Shown here: positions 48,435-57,869 of the stretch, in pieces | Layout of the letters: every line of letters starts with the position of its first letter | Position numbering within the stretch: position 1 is the stretch's first letter | Sequence record: NC_055709.1 | DNA: 64,000 nt | Strand: one strand, 5' to 3' | Source: Escherichia phage phiE142 | The notes under the pieces: generated by a model | The model's input: only the letters and a program-made list of their open reading frames with translations | Databases searched by the model: none | Told to the model about the DNA's origin: nothing | Program-made: the position numbers and the translations under genes

Positions 48435-48740
48435 TTATTTTCCTCGACATTCTTTAATGAAATTTTCTAGATTGGTAGATTCAATAGCTTTTTTACGAGC
48501 TTCTGCATGTTCTTCTTCAGACAATTTACATTTATAATTAACCCAGACGTTATGGTCAAAACTAGTCGTGGCATATAATAACAAAGCCCCGACGAATAAT
48601 AAAAATGGTGATAAGAATACAAAACCAGGAGCACCATCCATATCGTAAGCCTTTTGTAATACTGCAACAGAAAGAGCTGCGTAAAAAGGTGATGCAAATA
48701 TTGTAAAAAGACCAATTCGGTTGGTTTCGCCTAATTTCAT
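48435..48740 (-). CDS. membrane protein, 101 aa
   Basis: two TM helices; PeSL upstream. Confidence 0.4.
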   Translation of the reverse strand: MKLGETNRIGLFTIFASPFYAALSVAVLQKAYDMDGAPGFVFLSPFLLFVGALLLYATTSFDHNVWVNYKCKLSEEEHAEARKKAIESTNLENFIKECRGK

Positions 48741-48758
48741 AATATTCTCCTCATGTTT

Positions 48759-48796
48759 TAATAGGACTACTATAACATAGTCCTATAATTGTGTAA
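48759..48796 (-). promoter_or_regulatory. PeSL cassette (ATAGGACTA/TAGTCCTAT arms)
   Basis: identical core to 57541 and 57870 copies. Confidence 0.55.
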
Positions 48797-48810
48797 ACAG
48801 TTTTGCGAAA

Positions 48811-49767
48811 TTATTTGAAAGGTTTTACCATATGGAAATTTTGTTTGAAACGTTTGACGTAATCATCATGTCCTAAGCTTTTATACATACTTACTACTTT
48901 GCTGTAGTTTTCCCAGGCGTATTCACGAAACCAACCGGAGGTGATGCTTGTACAGACTTTTTCCAATGCCATCATAAAACTATCACGTGGATGGATTTTA
49001 AAGTCATTAGGAATCTGAGAACGTTCTAATGCTAGTACACATGATTCTTCGTATACACCGGCCAATTTGACCATTTCTGGTAATGATTCGAACTTCTCGC
49101 GTGAGGTCATGACTTCAGAACCATCTTTCATATAAAATGTATACGCTGGACGGTCCGTTAGTGCAATGGCTTCGTGAATAGTATCATGATCGTATGTGTA
49201 GATATCATCTTTAAAGAATGCGCTTTTAGAAGTGTCAAGAACTGGGTGAGCATAGTTCAAGGTTTCTTTCTGGCGTTTCAGCATAATTTCAGTAAGTTCA
49301 TCGTTCAGTTTAACACCTTTACCACGAAGATACTGAATATGGTTCATAGTCTTTAAAAAGAATGGATTATTTTTCTTGAAACGATGAGACATCTTAATTG
49401 CAAGACACATCTCAGGAGTTGCCCAGTAAAACCCGTTCAAACGGTCTTTAGTCAAATTTTTCTTGGCGTATTTTAAAAGGTCATAAGAAGACGTGAAATC
49501 TTCAGGAGTGAGTTCACCGACTAATTCACGGACATTAGTGATTGCCGGAACAATATATGCTTCAAAATGAGTTTCGCGTCCATTATGGAAGCATTTGAAA
49601 ACTTGGACATCAGGGTTATCTTGGTGAACATATACGCCCATCATTTGATTTTTGAATGCATTCCAAGAACCTTGGTCCGCAATAAAGTCCCAATCACTGT
49701 TTTTGATAGCGCTAGAATCAATAAGGCCGTGATAGTGAAGTGCACGAGAACCAATAACTAACATCAT
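48811..49767 (-). CDS. hypothetical 318-aa protein, possible nucleotidyltransferase fold
   Basis: N-terminal LVIGSRALHYHG...DWDFIAD (G-S...D-x-D) pattern; weak. Confidence 0.4.
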   Translation of the reverse strand: MMLVIGSRALHYHGLIDSSAIKNSDWDFIADQGSWNAFKNQMMGVYVHQDNPDVQVFKCFHNGRETHFEAYIVPAITNVRELVGELTPEDFTSSYDLLKYAKKNLTKDRLNGFYWATPEMCLAIKMSHRFKKNNPFFLKTMNHIQYLRGKGVKLNDELTEIMLKRQKETLNYAHPVLDTSKSAFFKDDIYTYDHDTIHEAIALTDRPAYTFYMKDGSEVMTSREKFESLPEMVKLAGVYEESCVLALERSQIPNDFKIHPRDSFMMALEKVCTSITSGWFREYAWENYSKVVSMYKSLGHDDYVKRFKQNFHMVKPFK

Positions 49768-49795
49768 AATATTTTCCTCTGATTAATTCATTAAC

Positions 49796-50047
49796 TTAAA
49801 TTTCACGACATGCGATATTATATTCATCCCAGAGGTCGTCATGTGAAGCCTCTACCAATGGAACGATTGTACCGTTTATGTCTTCATTATAAGGACAAAT
49901 TGTACAGTGCGCATCTTCGAATCGTATGCCTTTGTGTTCAGATTTTTTATAACGCATATCGAATATCTTTGCAAACTTTTCACGAGTAATAGTTTTAGCA
50001 ACTACTTCGGTTCCGATACTTTCGTAATAAATCATTGTAGACTCCAT
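49796..50047 (-). CDS. hypothetical protein, 83 aa
   Basis: track ORF, ATG verified. Confidence 0.35.
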   Translation of the reverse strand: MESTMIYYESIGTEVVAKTITREKFAKIFDMRYKKSEHKGIRFEDAHCTICPYNEDINGTIVPLVEASHDDLWDEYNIACREI

Positions 50048-50054
50048 TTAATTT

Positions 50055-50093
50055 GATAGGACTACTATAACATAGCCCTATCTTGTTGTAAAC
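50055..50093 (-). promoter_or_regulatory. PeSL cassette (imperfect AGGACT/AGGGCT arms)
   Basis: GTTTAC + TGTTATAGT. Confidence 0.5.
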
Positions 50094-50097
50094 TGTT

Positions 50098-50295
50098 TTA
50101 GCAAGAATAACTAGACGATACCCAGCCTTGAACAGTAATACTATTATTTGATAACGAGATTGCGTCCTGGAGATTAAGACCTGCGTTATCTTCAATCCAC
50201 AATGTAACTTCTTCACGCTCTTCGGTTGCAATCTGGAACAGGTTTTCTAGAGCAGCTACTGCGGTACGTACAGCACAATCTAATTCACGAGACAT
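50098..50295 (-). CDS. small protein, paralog family member (C-terminus ...GWVSSSYSC)
   Basis: tandem paralogs share C-terminal W-V-S/A-S-S-x-x-C tail. Confidence 0.45.
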   Translation of the reverse strand: MSRELDCAVRTAVAALENLFQIATEEREEVTLWIEDNAGLNLQDAISLSNNSITVQGWVSSSYSC

Positions 50296-50304
50296 ATGGT
50301 TTCC

Positions 50305-50577
50305 TTAGCAAGTGTGAGAAGATGCAACCCAACCGCCATCTTCAAGGCTCAAGTTGTAGTCGTATTGGTAAACATCGGCCCATTCAGCATAACCGTTTTT
50401 TGTACAACGTTCAAGATCGGCTTTAAGATGTCCGGGTGAATGATAGGTTCCACCCATACCATAAGCTGGATACAAGTCGAATGTTGTGTTTTGTTTATTA
50501 GCAATTTCTTTGGCAGCCTCAATAGCTGCATAGATTTTTGCTACGGCTTCAGCCAGTTCGGTTTGTTCTTTAGACAT
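50305..50577 (-). CDS. small protein, paralog family member (C-terminus ...GWVASSHTC)
   Basis: as above. Confidence 0.45.
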   Translation of the reverse strand: MSKEQTELAEAVAKIYAAIEAAKEIANKQNTTFDLYPAYGMGGTYHSPGHLKADLERCTKNGYAEWADVYQYDYNLSLEDGGWVASSHTC

Positions 50578-50586
50578 AATGATTCC

Positions 50587-50892
50587 TTAGCACAATGCAG
50601 AAGACGAAACCCAAGCACCTTCAGTAATAACATAACCATTACCTTCACGCTTAACATCACCACCATTATTTTCAATTTCATCTTTCATCCACTGGGATAC
50701 AATTTCACCCTTAGGATAATAAGTACGACCGCTACCATAATCACCTACAGAAAACGATACGGCGTATTGGTCTGCGATCTTTGTTGCTTCTTCTTCGATA
50801 CGTTCAGCTTGATTCAGAAGTTTATAAATTGCATCTGAAGCGGATTTGGCATCATTAAACTCTGGTACTTTAATTTCAATAATCTTACTCAT
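50587..50892 (-). CDS. small protein, paralog family member (C-terminus ...AWVSSSALC)
   Basis: as above. Confidence 0.45.
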   Translation of the reverse strand: MSKIIEIKVPEFNDAKSASDAIYKLLNQAERIEEEATKIADQYAVSFSVGDYGSGRTYYPKGEIVSQWMKDEIENNGGDVKREGNGYVITEGAWVSSSALC

Positions 50893-50990
50893 TTTCTACA
50901 TTCCTTAATAAAGTTTTCGATTGTTTCATTTTCACGTCTAGCTAGGAGTTCATTATAACTAATCATTTGAGAAGCGTAAACAGCATAAAT

Positions 50991-51383
50991 TCAGTTCAGG
51001 CTTTTGCATCTTATTTCCTTAACGAATTCCATAGCTTCTTCATATTCATACTTTTTAACAGCTTCATCATACTGAGCTTGGGCTTTTGCGCACTGAACTT
51101 TCCATTCTCTTAATCGGGCTCTGTGATGACGGCCTTGGTGCCAATATCCTACCCAATTAATAGGCATTAATAAAAACGGTACAATAAGTGGTGCGACGAA
51201 CATTAATGAAAACGCTGCATCAGACGATATAACTTTATTGGAATCTAAAATAGCTCCTATAATCATAAAGATTAAAAATGCTAAAGCTAAAATAGGACCA
51301 AATAGTACTTCATTTGGGATTAATTTACGCTTGTATTCATACGCCCAGGGCTTAATTGGCATGTATAGGGTTGGCTTTGACAT
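50991..51383 (-). CDS. membrane protein
   Basis: TM helices; start uncertain (track start is TTG). Confidence 0.35.
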   Translation of the reverse strand: MSKPTLYMPIKPWAYEYKRKLIPNEVLFGPILALAFLIFMIIGAILDSNKVISSDAAFSLMFVAPLIVPFLLMPINWVGYWHQGRHHRARLREWKVQCAKAQAQYDEAVKKYEYEEAMEFVKEIRCKSLN

Positions 51384-51948
51384 ATTCTCTACATTCCATA
51401 ATAAATTGCTCAAGGATTAAATTGTTAGTGAAATTAGGACTAACAACCATAGTTTCATAAAGCGCATCAATAGCACTTAAAGCATCAACTCTTTTAAGCA
51501 AAGGCTTGCCTTCATACATAGTTTCAGAATCGACGATTAACGTAAAGTAATATTTTTTATTATCGACTAGAACTTCTGTATCGATATAAAACATATTAGA
51601 CCTCAGAAGCTTATCTCTAAAACCATAATAATCTTCAGAGCGTTCGCTGATATATTCCAATTCAGTGTTTAAACAACAAACAGACCATGTAGGAGCAACG
51701 AAATCAGTGAATCTAATATCATGATCTGCAACTAGTTTAGCAATAGCTCCGATATCATGAATCATAATACCTGGGGCTAATAAAGATTTTCGGTTATTTG
51801 CATATTCAGTTGTCTCATAAGAAGACGACCAATACCATTTACGTCCAGTTGCAACATATCGTAATGAATCAACTAAAGACGTAGGTGGATTTACCTTATC
51901 TCGGAACTCTTCGAACATTGAGTCAATATCATTATTTTGGTTTCGCAT
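51352..51948 (-). CDS. hypothetical protein
   Basis: trimmed to ATG with AAGGAG SD. Confidence 0.4.
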   Translation of the reverse strand: MRNQNNDIDSMFEEFRDKVNPPTSLVDSLRYVATGRKWYWSSSYETTEYANNRKSLLAPGIMIHDIGAIAKLVADHDIRFTDFVAPTWSVCCLNTELEYISERSEDYYGFRDKLLRSNMFYIDTEVLVDNKKYYFTLIVDSETMYEGKPLLKRVDALSAIDALYETMVVSPNFTNNLILEQFIMECREYVKANPIHAN

Positions 51949-51997
51949 GTTAACTCCTTTATTATCCAAAAGGAGGACCGGAGTCCTCCGTATTATT

Positions 51998-52591
51998 TTA
52001 TTTCAAAGAGTTAATATATTCTTGTACATCAGCAGAAGTGGTTTCAACACCGGCTGGAGTGCCATTGAATGTTTCAACACGAGTCAGAGTGTCTTCGATA
52101 TCAACCTTAGTCAGTGCAGCAATTTCGATTACATCATCAGCCGTAGAGATACCAAGGGCATTGGCTGCTCGAGTTTCGCGGATGTATTCAAGTTTGATTG
52201 CCAGATTCTGACGAGCATCATCAAGTTCAACCACCTTACGAGCAATTTCAATTCGCATGGCGGCATACCCGTCAGCTTTTGTATTAAGTTGTTCGGCGGT
52301 TCGACGATACAGAAGACCAAGCTTAGCATGCATGGTAACATCTTGTCCTTCAGCCAGGAGCTTACGAATTTCACGTTCCTTAGAAGCGGCTTGCTTGTTC
52401 TTTTCATTAACAAGTTCGCGAATACGTTTTTCTTCATTAATAGATTTAATAGAAGCAGTTTTTAGTTCTTTGATTTGGGTAATCAACTTATCTGCAGCTG
52501 CGTTATACTGTTCTTCGACAGTCAGATTTTTAGCCATAGCAGTACCCAGTTTAGTGCGGATGAATTCAACAAGTTTCTTCAGTGTGTTCAT
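51998..52591 (-). CDS. coiled-coil protein (PspA-like architecture, uncertain)
   Basis: long heptad-like helical sequence; trimmed to ATG. Confidence 0.4.
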   Translation of the reverse strand: MNTLKKLVEFIRTKLGTAMAKNLTVEEQYNAAADKLITQIKELKTASIKSINEEKRIRELVNEKNKQAASKEREIRKLLAEGQDVTMHAKLGLLYRRTAEQLNTKADGYAAMRIEIARKVVELDDARQNLAIKLEYIRETRAANALGISTADDVIEIAALTKVDIEDTLTRVETFNGTPAGVETTSADVQEYINSLK

Positions 52592-52662
52592 ATTATTACC
52601 TTTCAATTGGTGGTTTTATTATCCAACGAGAGCATTATACTCTGCTCTCAAGAGTTTGTAAA

Positions 52663-52890
52663 TTATTTTTTAATCAAATTGACATAAAACTTGGCGTCTT
52701 CTGGGTGCATGCCTTCGCAGTATTCTTCAACCATGAACTTCTTAACAGCTTCATAAGGACCACTCAGATTAAGCTCAGTTGTCCAGAACTTGGAATCTTG
52801 GACTGAATCGATACGAACTTCAGGGTGACGGTTGCGAATAACTTCTTCGGTGTATTCATAATCAACGACATCAATACTAACTGTAGCCAT
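52663..52890 (-). CDS. hypothetical protein, 75 aa
   Basis: track ORF, ATG verified. Confidence 0.35.
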   Translation of the reverse strand: MATVSIDVVDYEYTEEVIRNRHPEVRIDSVQDSKFWTTELNLSGPYEAVKKFMVEEYCEGMHPEDAKFYVNLIKK

Positions 52891-52910
52891 TTTGTTTCTC
52901 CTCTTGATTT

Positions 52911-52948
52911 GATAGGTCTATAGTAACACCGTCCATGGTGTTTGTACA
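52911..52948 (-). promoter_or_regulatory. promoter-like cassette (TGTACA -35-like, TGTTACTAT -10)
   Basis: GATAGGTCTATAGTAACAC core. Confidence 0.35.
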
Positions 52949-53479
52949 TCATTTATTTTTAATTTTGCAAATTTTTCCAGCTTCGATACATGCAGCATAG
53001 ATGATGCTCTGGGCAATTTTATTGCTAGTAGACCTTGCAATCACACTAAGAACAATTTCTTTTTCTTCACCACCACAACCCCAGGACCTTTGCTCATGAG
53101 TACCTTTAACTACGGCTGAAACTTCAACAGAACGTCCGCCATCAGAAGTTTTAACATCTACAACCCAATCGCCATCTTTCTCTTCAACCTGTGGTTTATC
53201 CCAAGAAATACTAATATATGATTCACTGTCAATAGAAGTCGCCGGGTTTTTCTTTACTGTAAGACCTTCACTTTCCAGCCATTCAATAGTATTTGCGCAT
53301 AAATCAGAAGAACACCTCATCGGAAACTGGCAAGATTTTTCACCTTTAGCTGCAGCGTTATACATCTTTTCTAAAATACGCTTTTGCACGTTTTTAAAAA
53401 TAGTTTCAGCAGATTCTTCAGATTTTTTATTCAGTTCAGTATAAAGACTCATAACATTCTTCTCATTAATAGGGCTCAT
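52949..53479 (-). CDS. hypothetical protein, 176 aa
   Basis: track ORF, ATG verified. Confidence 0.4.
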   Translation of the reverse strand: MSPINEKNVMSLYTELNKKSEESAETIFKNVQKRILEKMYNAAAKGEKSCQFPMRCSSDLCANTIEWLESEGLTVKKNPATSIDSESYISISWDKPQVEEKDGDWVVDVKTSDGGRSVEVSAVVKGTHEQRSWGCGGEEKEIVLSVIARSTSNKIAQSIIYAACIEAGKICKIKNK

Positions 53480-53509
53480 AATATCTCAATCATAAGCCCA
53501 TGTACGCAT

Positions 53510-53773
53510 TTATTTCATATTATCGAAATATTCTTCAGCGATTTCGACATTATCATGGTAAACTTTAGAAGACAGTTTAACATAACCTTCTGCTGCGAAC
53601 ATATTAATCACAACCTTTACAGTATACCATTGTCCGTCTTCATTACCCATTACTGCGTAAGTTTCAAACATCGGATGGTTAGGTCCAATAACTTTAATAT
53701 CATTCACCGTACGTCCGAAATCTTCTGGAACGCATTTCATAAAGAAATTGAACAGTTCACCGTAATTATCCAT
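53510..53773 (-). CDS. hypothetical protein
   Basis: trimmed from TTG to ATG with GGAGA SD. Confidence 0.35.
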   Translation of the reverse strand: MDNYGELFNFFMKCVPEDFGRTVNDIKVIGPNHPMFETYAVMGNEDGQWYTVKVVINMFAAEGYVKLSSKVYHDNVEIAEEYFDNMK

Positions 53774-53804
53774 TTCATTCTCCAAGGTTTTTCTGTATCA
53801 GTGG

Positions 53805-53845
53805 TTGATAGTTGTATAGTACCACGGAAGAACAGGGATGTAAAC
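53805..53845 (-). promoter_or_regulatory. early promoter (GTTTAC, TACTATAC -10)
   Basis: upstream of 53510-53773. Confidence 0.45.
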
Positions 53846-53981
53846 AGTTTTGTGAAAAAAAATTTAAAAAGTTTTTTTGGGGAATTCTAGAGCAGGGAGG
53901 GGAAATCAAAGGATAGAATAATATATTATAAAGGGCAGAAACTAAATGATGCCTAGAGAGGCCTGGAAAGGCCTAGATACC

Positions 53982-54006
53982 AAAAAGCCCTATCTAAATG
54001 ATAGGG
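53982..54006 (-). terminator. rho-independent terminator (CCCTATC-TAAAT-GATAGGG + U-run) after IP-like gene
   Basis: 7-bp stem + CTTTTTG on minus strand. Confidence 0.55.
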
Positions 54007-54014
54007 ATTTAAAA

Positions 54015-54578
54015 TTATTTACCTAGTTTAGTTATTATAGCTTCGGCAGCAGCTTTTAGCTTAGATGCAGTGTTAATACGATTTTTAATTTCAGTATACG
54101 CATCGCCAAGAACATCAAGGCTATCAGAATAAACACTTACACTATTGCGTTCGCTATTTGAAATAGAACCTTTAGTTTTACGATCAAAATCAGTGTACAC
54201 GTCTTGAAGATCACGGGCCGCCTTCTTTGCATCATCCAATGCATCAAGAGCTTTATTCAAAGCATTGACATATTTTTTAGTGTCAAACATATTCTTAGAA
54301 ATTTTAACGGGTGCACGTTCAGGAGTAGCTAAGGCGGATTTAGGAACCTGCGTGCCAGATGCCAGTTTCTTAGAAATTTTGAAAAACGCTTTATTGAAAC
54401 TATTTTCTTGACTCATCGTAAAAGAACTAGTATCGATGTTATACATTTCAATAGCTTTAGCTTTCCACTTAAGAAAATCGCCACGGTCTTTTGGATCCAA
54501 GTTGAAGAATACTTTAGTAAGATCTGCTTCAGATGGTAATTTTGCTGCTTCGGTTAAAAATTCGGCGTAGGTTTTCAT
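54015..54578 (-). CDS. internal-protein-like protein with capsid-targeting sequence, 187 aa
   Basis: N-terminus MKTYAEFLTEA; terminators on both sides. Confidence 0.55.
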   Translation of the reverse strand: MKTYAEFLTEAAKLPSEADLTKVFFNLDPKDRGDFLKWKAKAIEMYNIDTSSFTMSQENSFNKAFFKISKKLASGTQVPKSALATPERAPVKISKNMFDTKKYVNALNKALDALDDAKKAARDLQDVYTDFDRKTKGSISNSERNSVSVYSDSLDVLGDAYTEIKNRINTASKLKAAAEAIITKLGK

Positions 54579-54666
54579 TTAAAATCCTTGAAATAATTTA
54601 TCGGTTGGTTATTAATTATTTATTACTTTGGTATTATCAGTAACAGCATTCTCTGAGAGATTCAAA

Positions 54667-54696
54667 CTAAAAAGCCCCAACCTTTTGGCTAGGGCT
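54667..54696 (-). terminator. rho-independent terminator after IP-like gene
   Basis: AGCCC...GGGCT hairpin + U-run. Confidence 0.5.
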
Positions 54697-54703
54697 AAGA
54701 ATG

Positions 54704-55168
54704 TTATTTGATTTGTTTAGCAGACCAAATGCGGTCTTTAATAAGTTTTTGGATATCTTCAACATACTCAAGGCTATGAGCGTGAGGATTATCTTTGAAG
54801 CTATGTGCTCGTGCCAGTTTCTGGCCTTCAGTTTTGATTACCAAAAGTTCTTTAAGAATTGCTTCATACTTAGAAATAATTCCTTTGGCGATATTTTTTT
54901 CTTGAGCTGCTTTAGGGCCCGCTTTTGGTGCTGGTGCTTTACCTGTAGCTTTCTGGAACAATTCACCTGATGCAGCTAGGCTTTTAAAAACTCGGCTAAC
55001 AGTATTAGCATTAGTAAAACCTTCGGCTTTAAAATCTCTAATAAAACGGAAACGTTCTTCATCAGAGGCGTCTTTGTAAGAATATTTACCTGCTTGAATT
55101 GCTGCAATCGCAGCGGCTTTTACATCTGAACTAGATTGTTCAGTCAAAAATTCTGCATATGATTTCAT
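54704..55168 (-). CDS. internal-protein-like protein with capsid-targeting sequence, 154 aa
   Basis: N-terminus MKSYAEFLTEQ. Confidence 0.55.
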   Translation of the reverse strand: MKSYAEFLTEQSSSDVKAAAIAAIQAGKYSYKDASDEERFRFIRDFKAEGFTNANTVSRVFKSLAASGELFQKATGKAPAPKAGPKAAQEKNIAKGIISKYEAILKELLVIKTEGQKLARAHSFKDNPHAHSLEYVEDIQKLIKDRIWSAKQIK

Positions 55169-55214
55169 GTTACTTTTCCTAAGTTAATTAACTTATCTAT
55201 TTATTATTATTATG

Positions 55215-55244
55215 CAAAAAAGCCCCAACCTTTCGGAAGGGGCT
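55215..55244 (-). terminator. rho-independent terminator closing the tRNA/stable-RNA islet
   Basis: bulged 9-bp GC stem + TTTTTT on minus strand. Confidence 0.55.
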
Positions 55245-55295
55245 AAGCCTTGCGGCAGCCTTGTCGGGGTTCCACCTGCTAAGGCAAGTGTTTGT

Positions 55296-55386
55296 ACGAA
55301 ACGCCGGGATTCGAACCCGGTTATTAAGCAGTTGACGCTACTCAATATTTTTAAAGGCCATATCTCGACCATATCCGAACGTTCCG
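55296..55386 (-). other. tRNA-like fragment: T-arm plus acceptor 3' half without a canonical cloverleaf (possible tRNA remnant or stable-RNA 3' domain)
   Basis: minus-strand CCGGGTTCGAATCCCGG T-arm followed by 7-nt acceptor-like strand; no foldable D/anticodon arms. Confidence 0.3.
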
Positions 55387-55556
55387 TCAAAAACGCTACT
55401 CGGCTTACGGCAAAGATATTTCCTCGAATCGATAATTCTGTGCGCCGTTTCTGCTGTGATGTAAGGGGATATTAACGAATCATAAAGATTTATTAAGACC
55501 AGTCCTTACTCAGGGAACATCAGTCCGACGACTTGCCGGTAGCGACCCGGCTTCTC

Positions 55557-55901
55557 TTATTTTGGCATATCATCAATTTGCTCTCTACGCCGACGCCATA
55601 GATTAATCGCTTCATAGGCACATTCTGCGTTTGGTATATGACGGCAATAATATAATGATTCACGTTTCTGAAACCGATGTTGCAATGGGATTTCGTTTAA
55701 AAGGTCTTTGCGATCAAAGTATTCAAAACTAGTTAACCCGGAACGGTTTTTAATGAACTTCCAATGACCGAATTCATTTTGAACATAGATGTAATCGGCA
55801 TGCTGATAAAGTGAATTAATCAATCGATGAGAAATAACTGTATCATATTCATTAAAATAAAACGTTAAATCATGAACTACTAAGTAAACATTACCTTTCA
55901 T
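55557..55901 (-). CDS. hypothetical protein embedded in the tRNA islet
   Basis: ATG at 55901 with GAGGA SD; track TTG extension would overlap tRNA-Arg. Confidence 0.35.
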   Translation of the reverse strand: MKGNVYLVVHDLTFYFNEYDTVISHRLINSLYQHADYIYVQNEFGHWKFIKNRSGLTSFEYFDRKDLLNEIPLQHRFQKRESLYYCRHIPNAECAYEAINLWRRRREQIDDMPK

Positions 55902-55919
55902 ATTTTCCTCACTTATAAT

Positions 55920-55996
<77 letters not shown>

Positions 55997-56002
55997 AATA
56001 TA

Positions 56003-56076
56003 TGACCCAGACCAGATTCGAACTGGTAACCTTTCCCTTATGAGGGGACTGCTGCTAACCGTTGAGCTACAGGGCC
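56003..56076 (-). tRNA. probable tRNA with CAU anticodon (Met or Ile2-type)
   Basis: T-arm ACCAG-TTCGAAT-CTGGT, anticodon loop CTCATAA; acceptor has one mismatch and D-arm is atypical. Confidence 0.5.
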
Positions 56077-56155
56077 TAAATAACTTTCTATTATGAAAGG
56101 CACTTTAGAGCACCTTTGGTAATAGAGGGTATGAATTAATAATAACACATAATTC

Positions 56156-56671
56156 TTAAAGCAAATCAATCATTTTAACAGTCGGCAAAATGATTTCTTC
56201 TTCAATATAAGCAAATTCAACACATTCAACTACACGCAAGAAATCATAATCATAATATTCAGAAGCATGGCCAAGAATATCAATGAGACCTTCTGATACT
56301 AAATATCCATTCTCACGGAACAGGTCAAATACACGTGATTCGTCTTCTTCAGATTTATTACCAAGGTCGACTTCAATATCAAAGACCTTTTTAATGAATT
56401 CTGGATAAAGCTGGTCTGAGAACAGTCCTTCAACCAGATATTCGTAGATAATAAGCGAGCAATCACTGAATGGTGTATTACCGCAATAACGTTCGGCTTT
56501 GGTGCTAGAATGACGACTCTTAAATTTCTTCAAAAGATATTTAAACTGTTGGAGCTCATGCTCTTCCACTTCAAACAATGTTTTGGTTTTATAGTTGTCA
56601 CCATCGTTTTCATAGGTAGTGACATCAATTACGTAACCTTTAGGTATTGTACTGCCTAAACAAATATTCAT
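56156..56671 (-). CDS. hypothetical acidic protein, 171 aa
   Basis: track ORF, ATG verified. Confidence 0.4.
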   Translation of the reverse strand: MNICLGSTIPKGYVIDVTTYENDGDNYKTKTLFEVEEHELQQFKYLLKKFKSRHSSTKAERYCGNTPFSDCSLIIYEYLVEGLFSDQLYPEFIKKVFDIEVDLGNKSEEDESRVFDLFRENGYLVSEGLIDILGHASEYYDYDFLRVVECVEFAYIEEEIILPTVKMIDLL

Positions 56672-56675
56672 TTAC

Positions 56676-56966
56676 TCACCGTACCATATTAATGTAATTA
56701 TATTCAATGCAACGTAATTTCAAAGGATTCTTGAAAATATCATATTCAAGAGGGCCTTTTTCTGTTTCAATAAAGAAATCAAAGTTAACTGTGTTAAATT
56801 TATAATCTTCACAGAGTAATTTAACTTGCGAAGACGAACGGTCGATATAAACCTTTTCAACCTCAAAGTTAGTCAGAATACCGTAGTCATCAACTAGTGC
56901 TTTAGCTGCACGTTGATCGCTTTCGTATCCGTTCTCAATAGATGACACTTTAGCATAAAGAATCAT
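56676..56966 (-). CDS. hypothetical protein, 96 aa
   Basis: track ORF, ATG verified. Confidence 0.35.
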   Translation of the reverse strand: MILYAKVSSIENGYESDQRAAKALVDDYGILTNFEVEKVYIDRSSSQVKLLCEDYKFNTVNFDFFIETEKGPLEYDIFKNPLKLRCIEYNYINMVR

Positions 56967-57325
56967 GAATGTTCCACCACTTCAAAGCTATGGGCATCAA
57001 CAATATGATACCAGTCAAAATTTTCTTCTGCGTTTTTATAAATTTCGCGAAGAGCCTCAACGGTTTTTCCTGTAGCAACAAGGTCGTCAATACCACCAAG
57101 AGGATAACAGTCGTAACCAGCAAACAGAAGGAAATTAATAGTTTCTGTAGGTTCTGGATGCAGAACACCGTTATCATCTACCACTTCAAAGAAAGTGTAA
57201 GAAGGAGTACAAGTTTTAATCCAAGCCCATGCTTGAGCTGCCGAATCAAATGGTCTACGTATCAAACGACAATCAGGGTCTTTAGAAGGATTTGCTTCAA
57301 AATCTGCATATACATGATATTTCAT
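56963..57325 (-). CDS. hypothetical protein, 120 aa
   Basis: track ORF, ATG verified. Confidence 0.4.
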   Translation of the reverse strand: MKYHVYADFEANPSKDPDCRLIRRPFDSAAQAWAWIKTCTPSYTFFEVVDDNGVLHPEPTETINFLLFAGYDCYPLGGIDDLVATGKTVEALREIYKNAEENFDWYHIVDAHSFEVVEHS

Positions 57326-57532
57326 TTACTCACCTTTTGCAATTTTATCCATAACAATAGCGATTAAACCGATTAGAAATGCTACTACCAATGAGATAGA
57401 ATTTTCGGTTGTTGTCAGTAGTCCGCAAATGAATCCTACAAACATCGAAAAACTAAAAGCCATTGAAGCAATTACTACAGCAACATTACGAATCAGTTCA
57501 GCGCGTTTCATTTTATTTCTCCATTTACTCAT
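57326..57532 (-). CDS. small membrane protein, 68 aa
   Basis: TM helices; PeSL upstream. Confidence 0.35.
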   Translation of the reverse strand: MSKWRNKMKRAELIRNVAVVIASMAFSFSMFVGFICGLLTTTENSISLVVAFLIGLIAIVMDKIAKGE

Positions 57533-57540
57533 TTTGTTTT

Positions 57541-57579
57541 GATAGGACTACTATAACATAGTCCTATAGGCTTGTATAC
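57541..57579 (-). promoter_or_regulatory. PeSL cassette (ATAGGACTA/TAGTCCTAT arms, GTATAC -35-like)
   Basis: family member. Confidence 0.5.
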
Positions 57580-57581
57580 CT

Positions 57582-57845
57582 TTATTTCAAATATATTGCG
57601 TATTTTTTATAGCCACCAGGCTCATGTCGAAGACCTTTATCATTCGCAAAACGTTGAATGTTATTGAACTGATTTTCGTCAAGTTCGGATGTGTTAAATA
57701 TGAAAAAGTTTCGTTTGTTACCAAGCGTGATATGCGGAGTTAAGTCAATGTTATACAAATTAAGAATATCAGCAATAACCTGATTGACCGCTTTGTTAAT
57801 TTTCACACCAGACGATTCTGAGATGAATTCGTTGAAAGTTTTCAT
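57582..57845 (-). CDS. internal-protein-like small protein with capsid-targeting sequence
   Basis: N-terminus MKTFNEFISES after trimming to ATG. Confidence 0.5.
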   Translation of the reverse strand: MKTFNEFISESSGVKINKAVNQVIADILNLYNIDLTPHITLGNKRNFFIFNTSELDENQFNNIQRFANDKGLRHEPGGYKKYAIYLK

Positions 57846-57869
57846 TTTAGGTTCCATTTTGTTGTTTTG

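Noticed and set aside
53882-53892. Adjacent EcoRI and XbaI sites (GAATTCTAGA) plus two StuI sites nearby, resembling a cloning-vector polylinker
   Set aside because: Short palindromes in an AT-rich intergenic spacer flanked by a native terminator and promoter; no vector backbone, selection marker or other engineering signature, so most likely chance
55296-55386. A third canonical tRNA gene
   Set aside because: Only the T-arm and 3' acceptor strand are tRNA-like; no D-arm or anticodon arm could be folded, so it is reported only as a tRNA-like fragment
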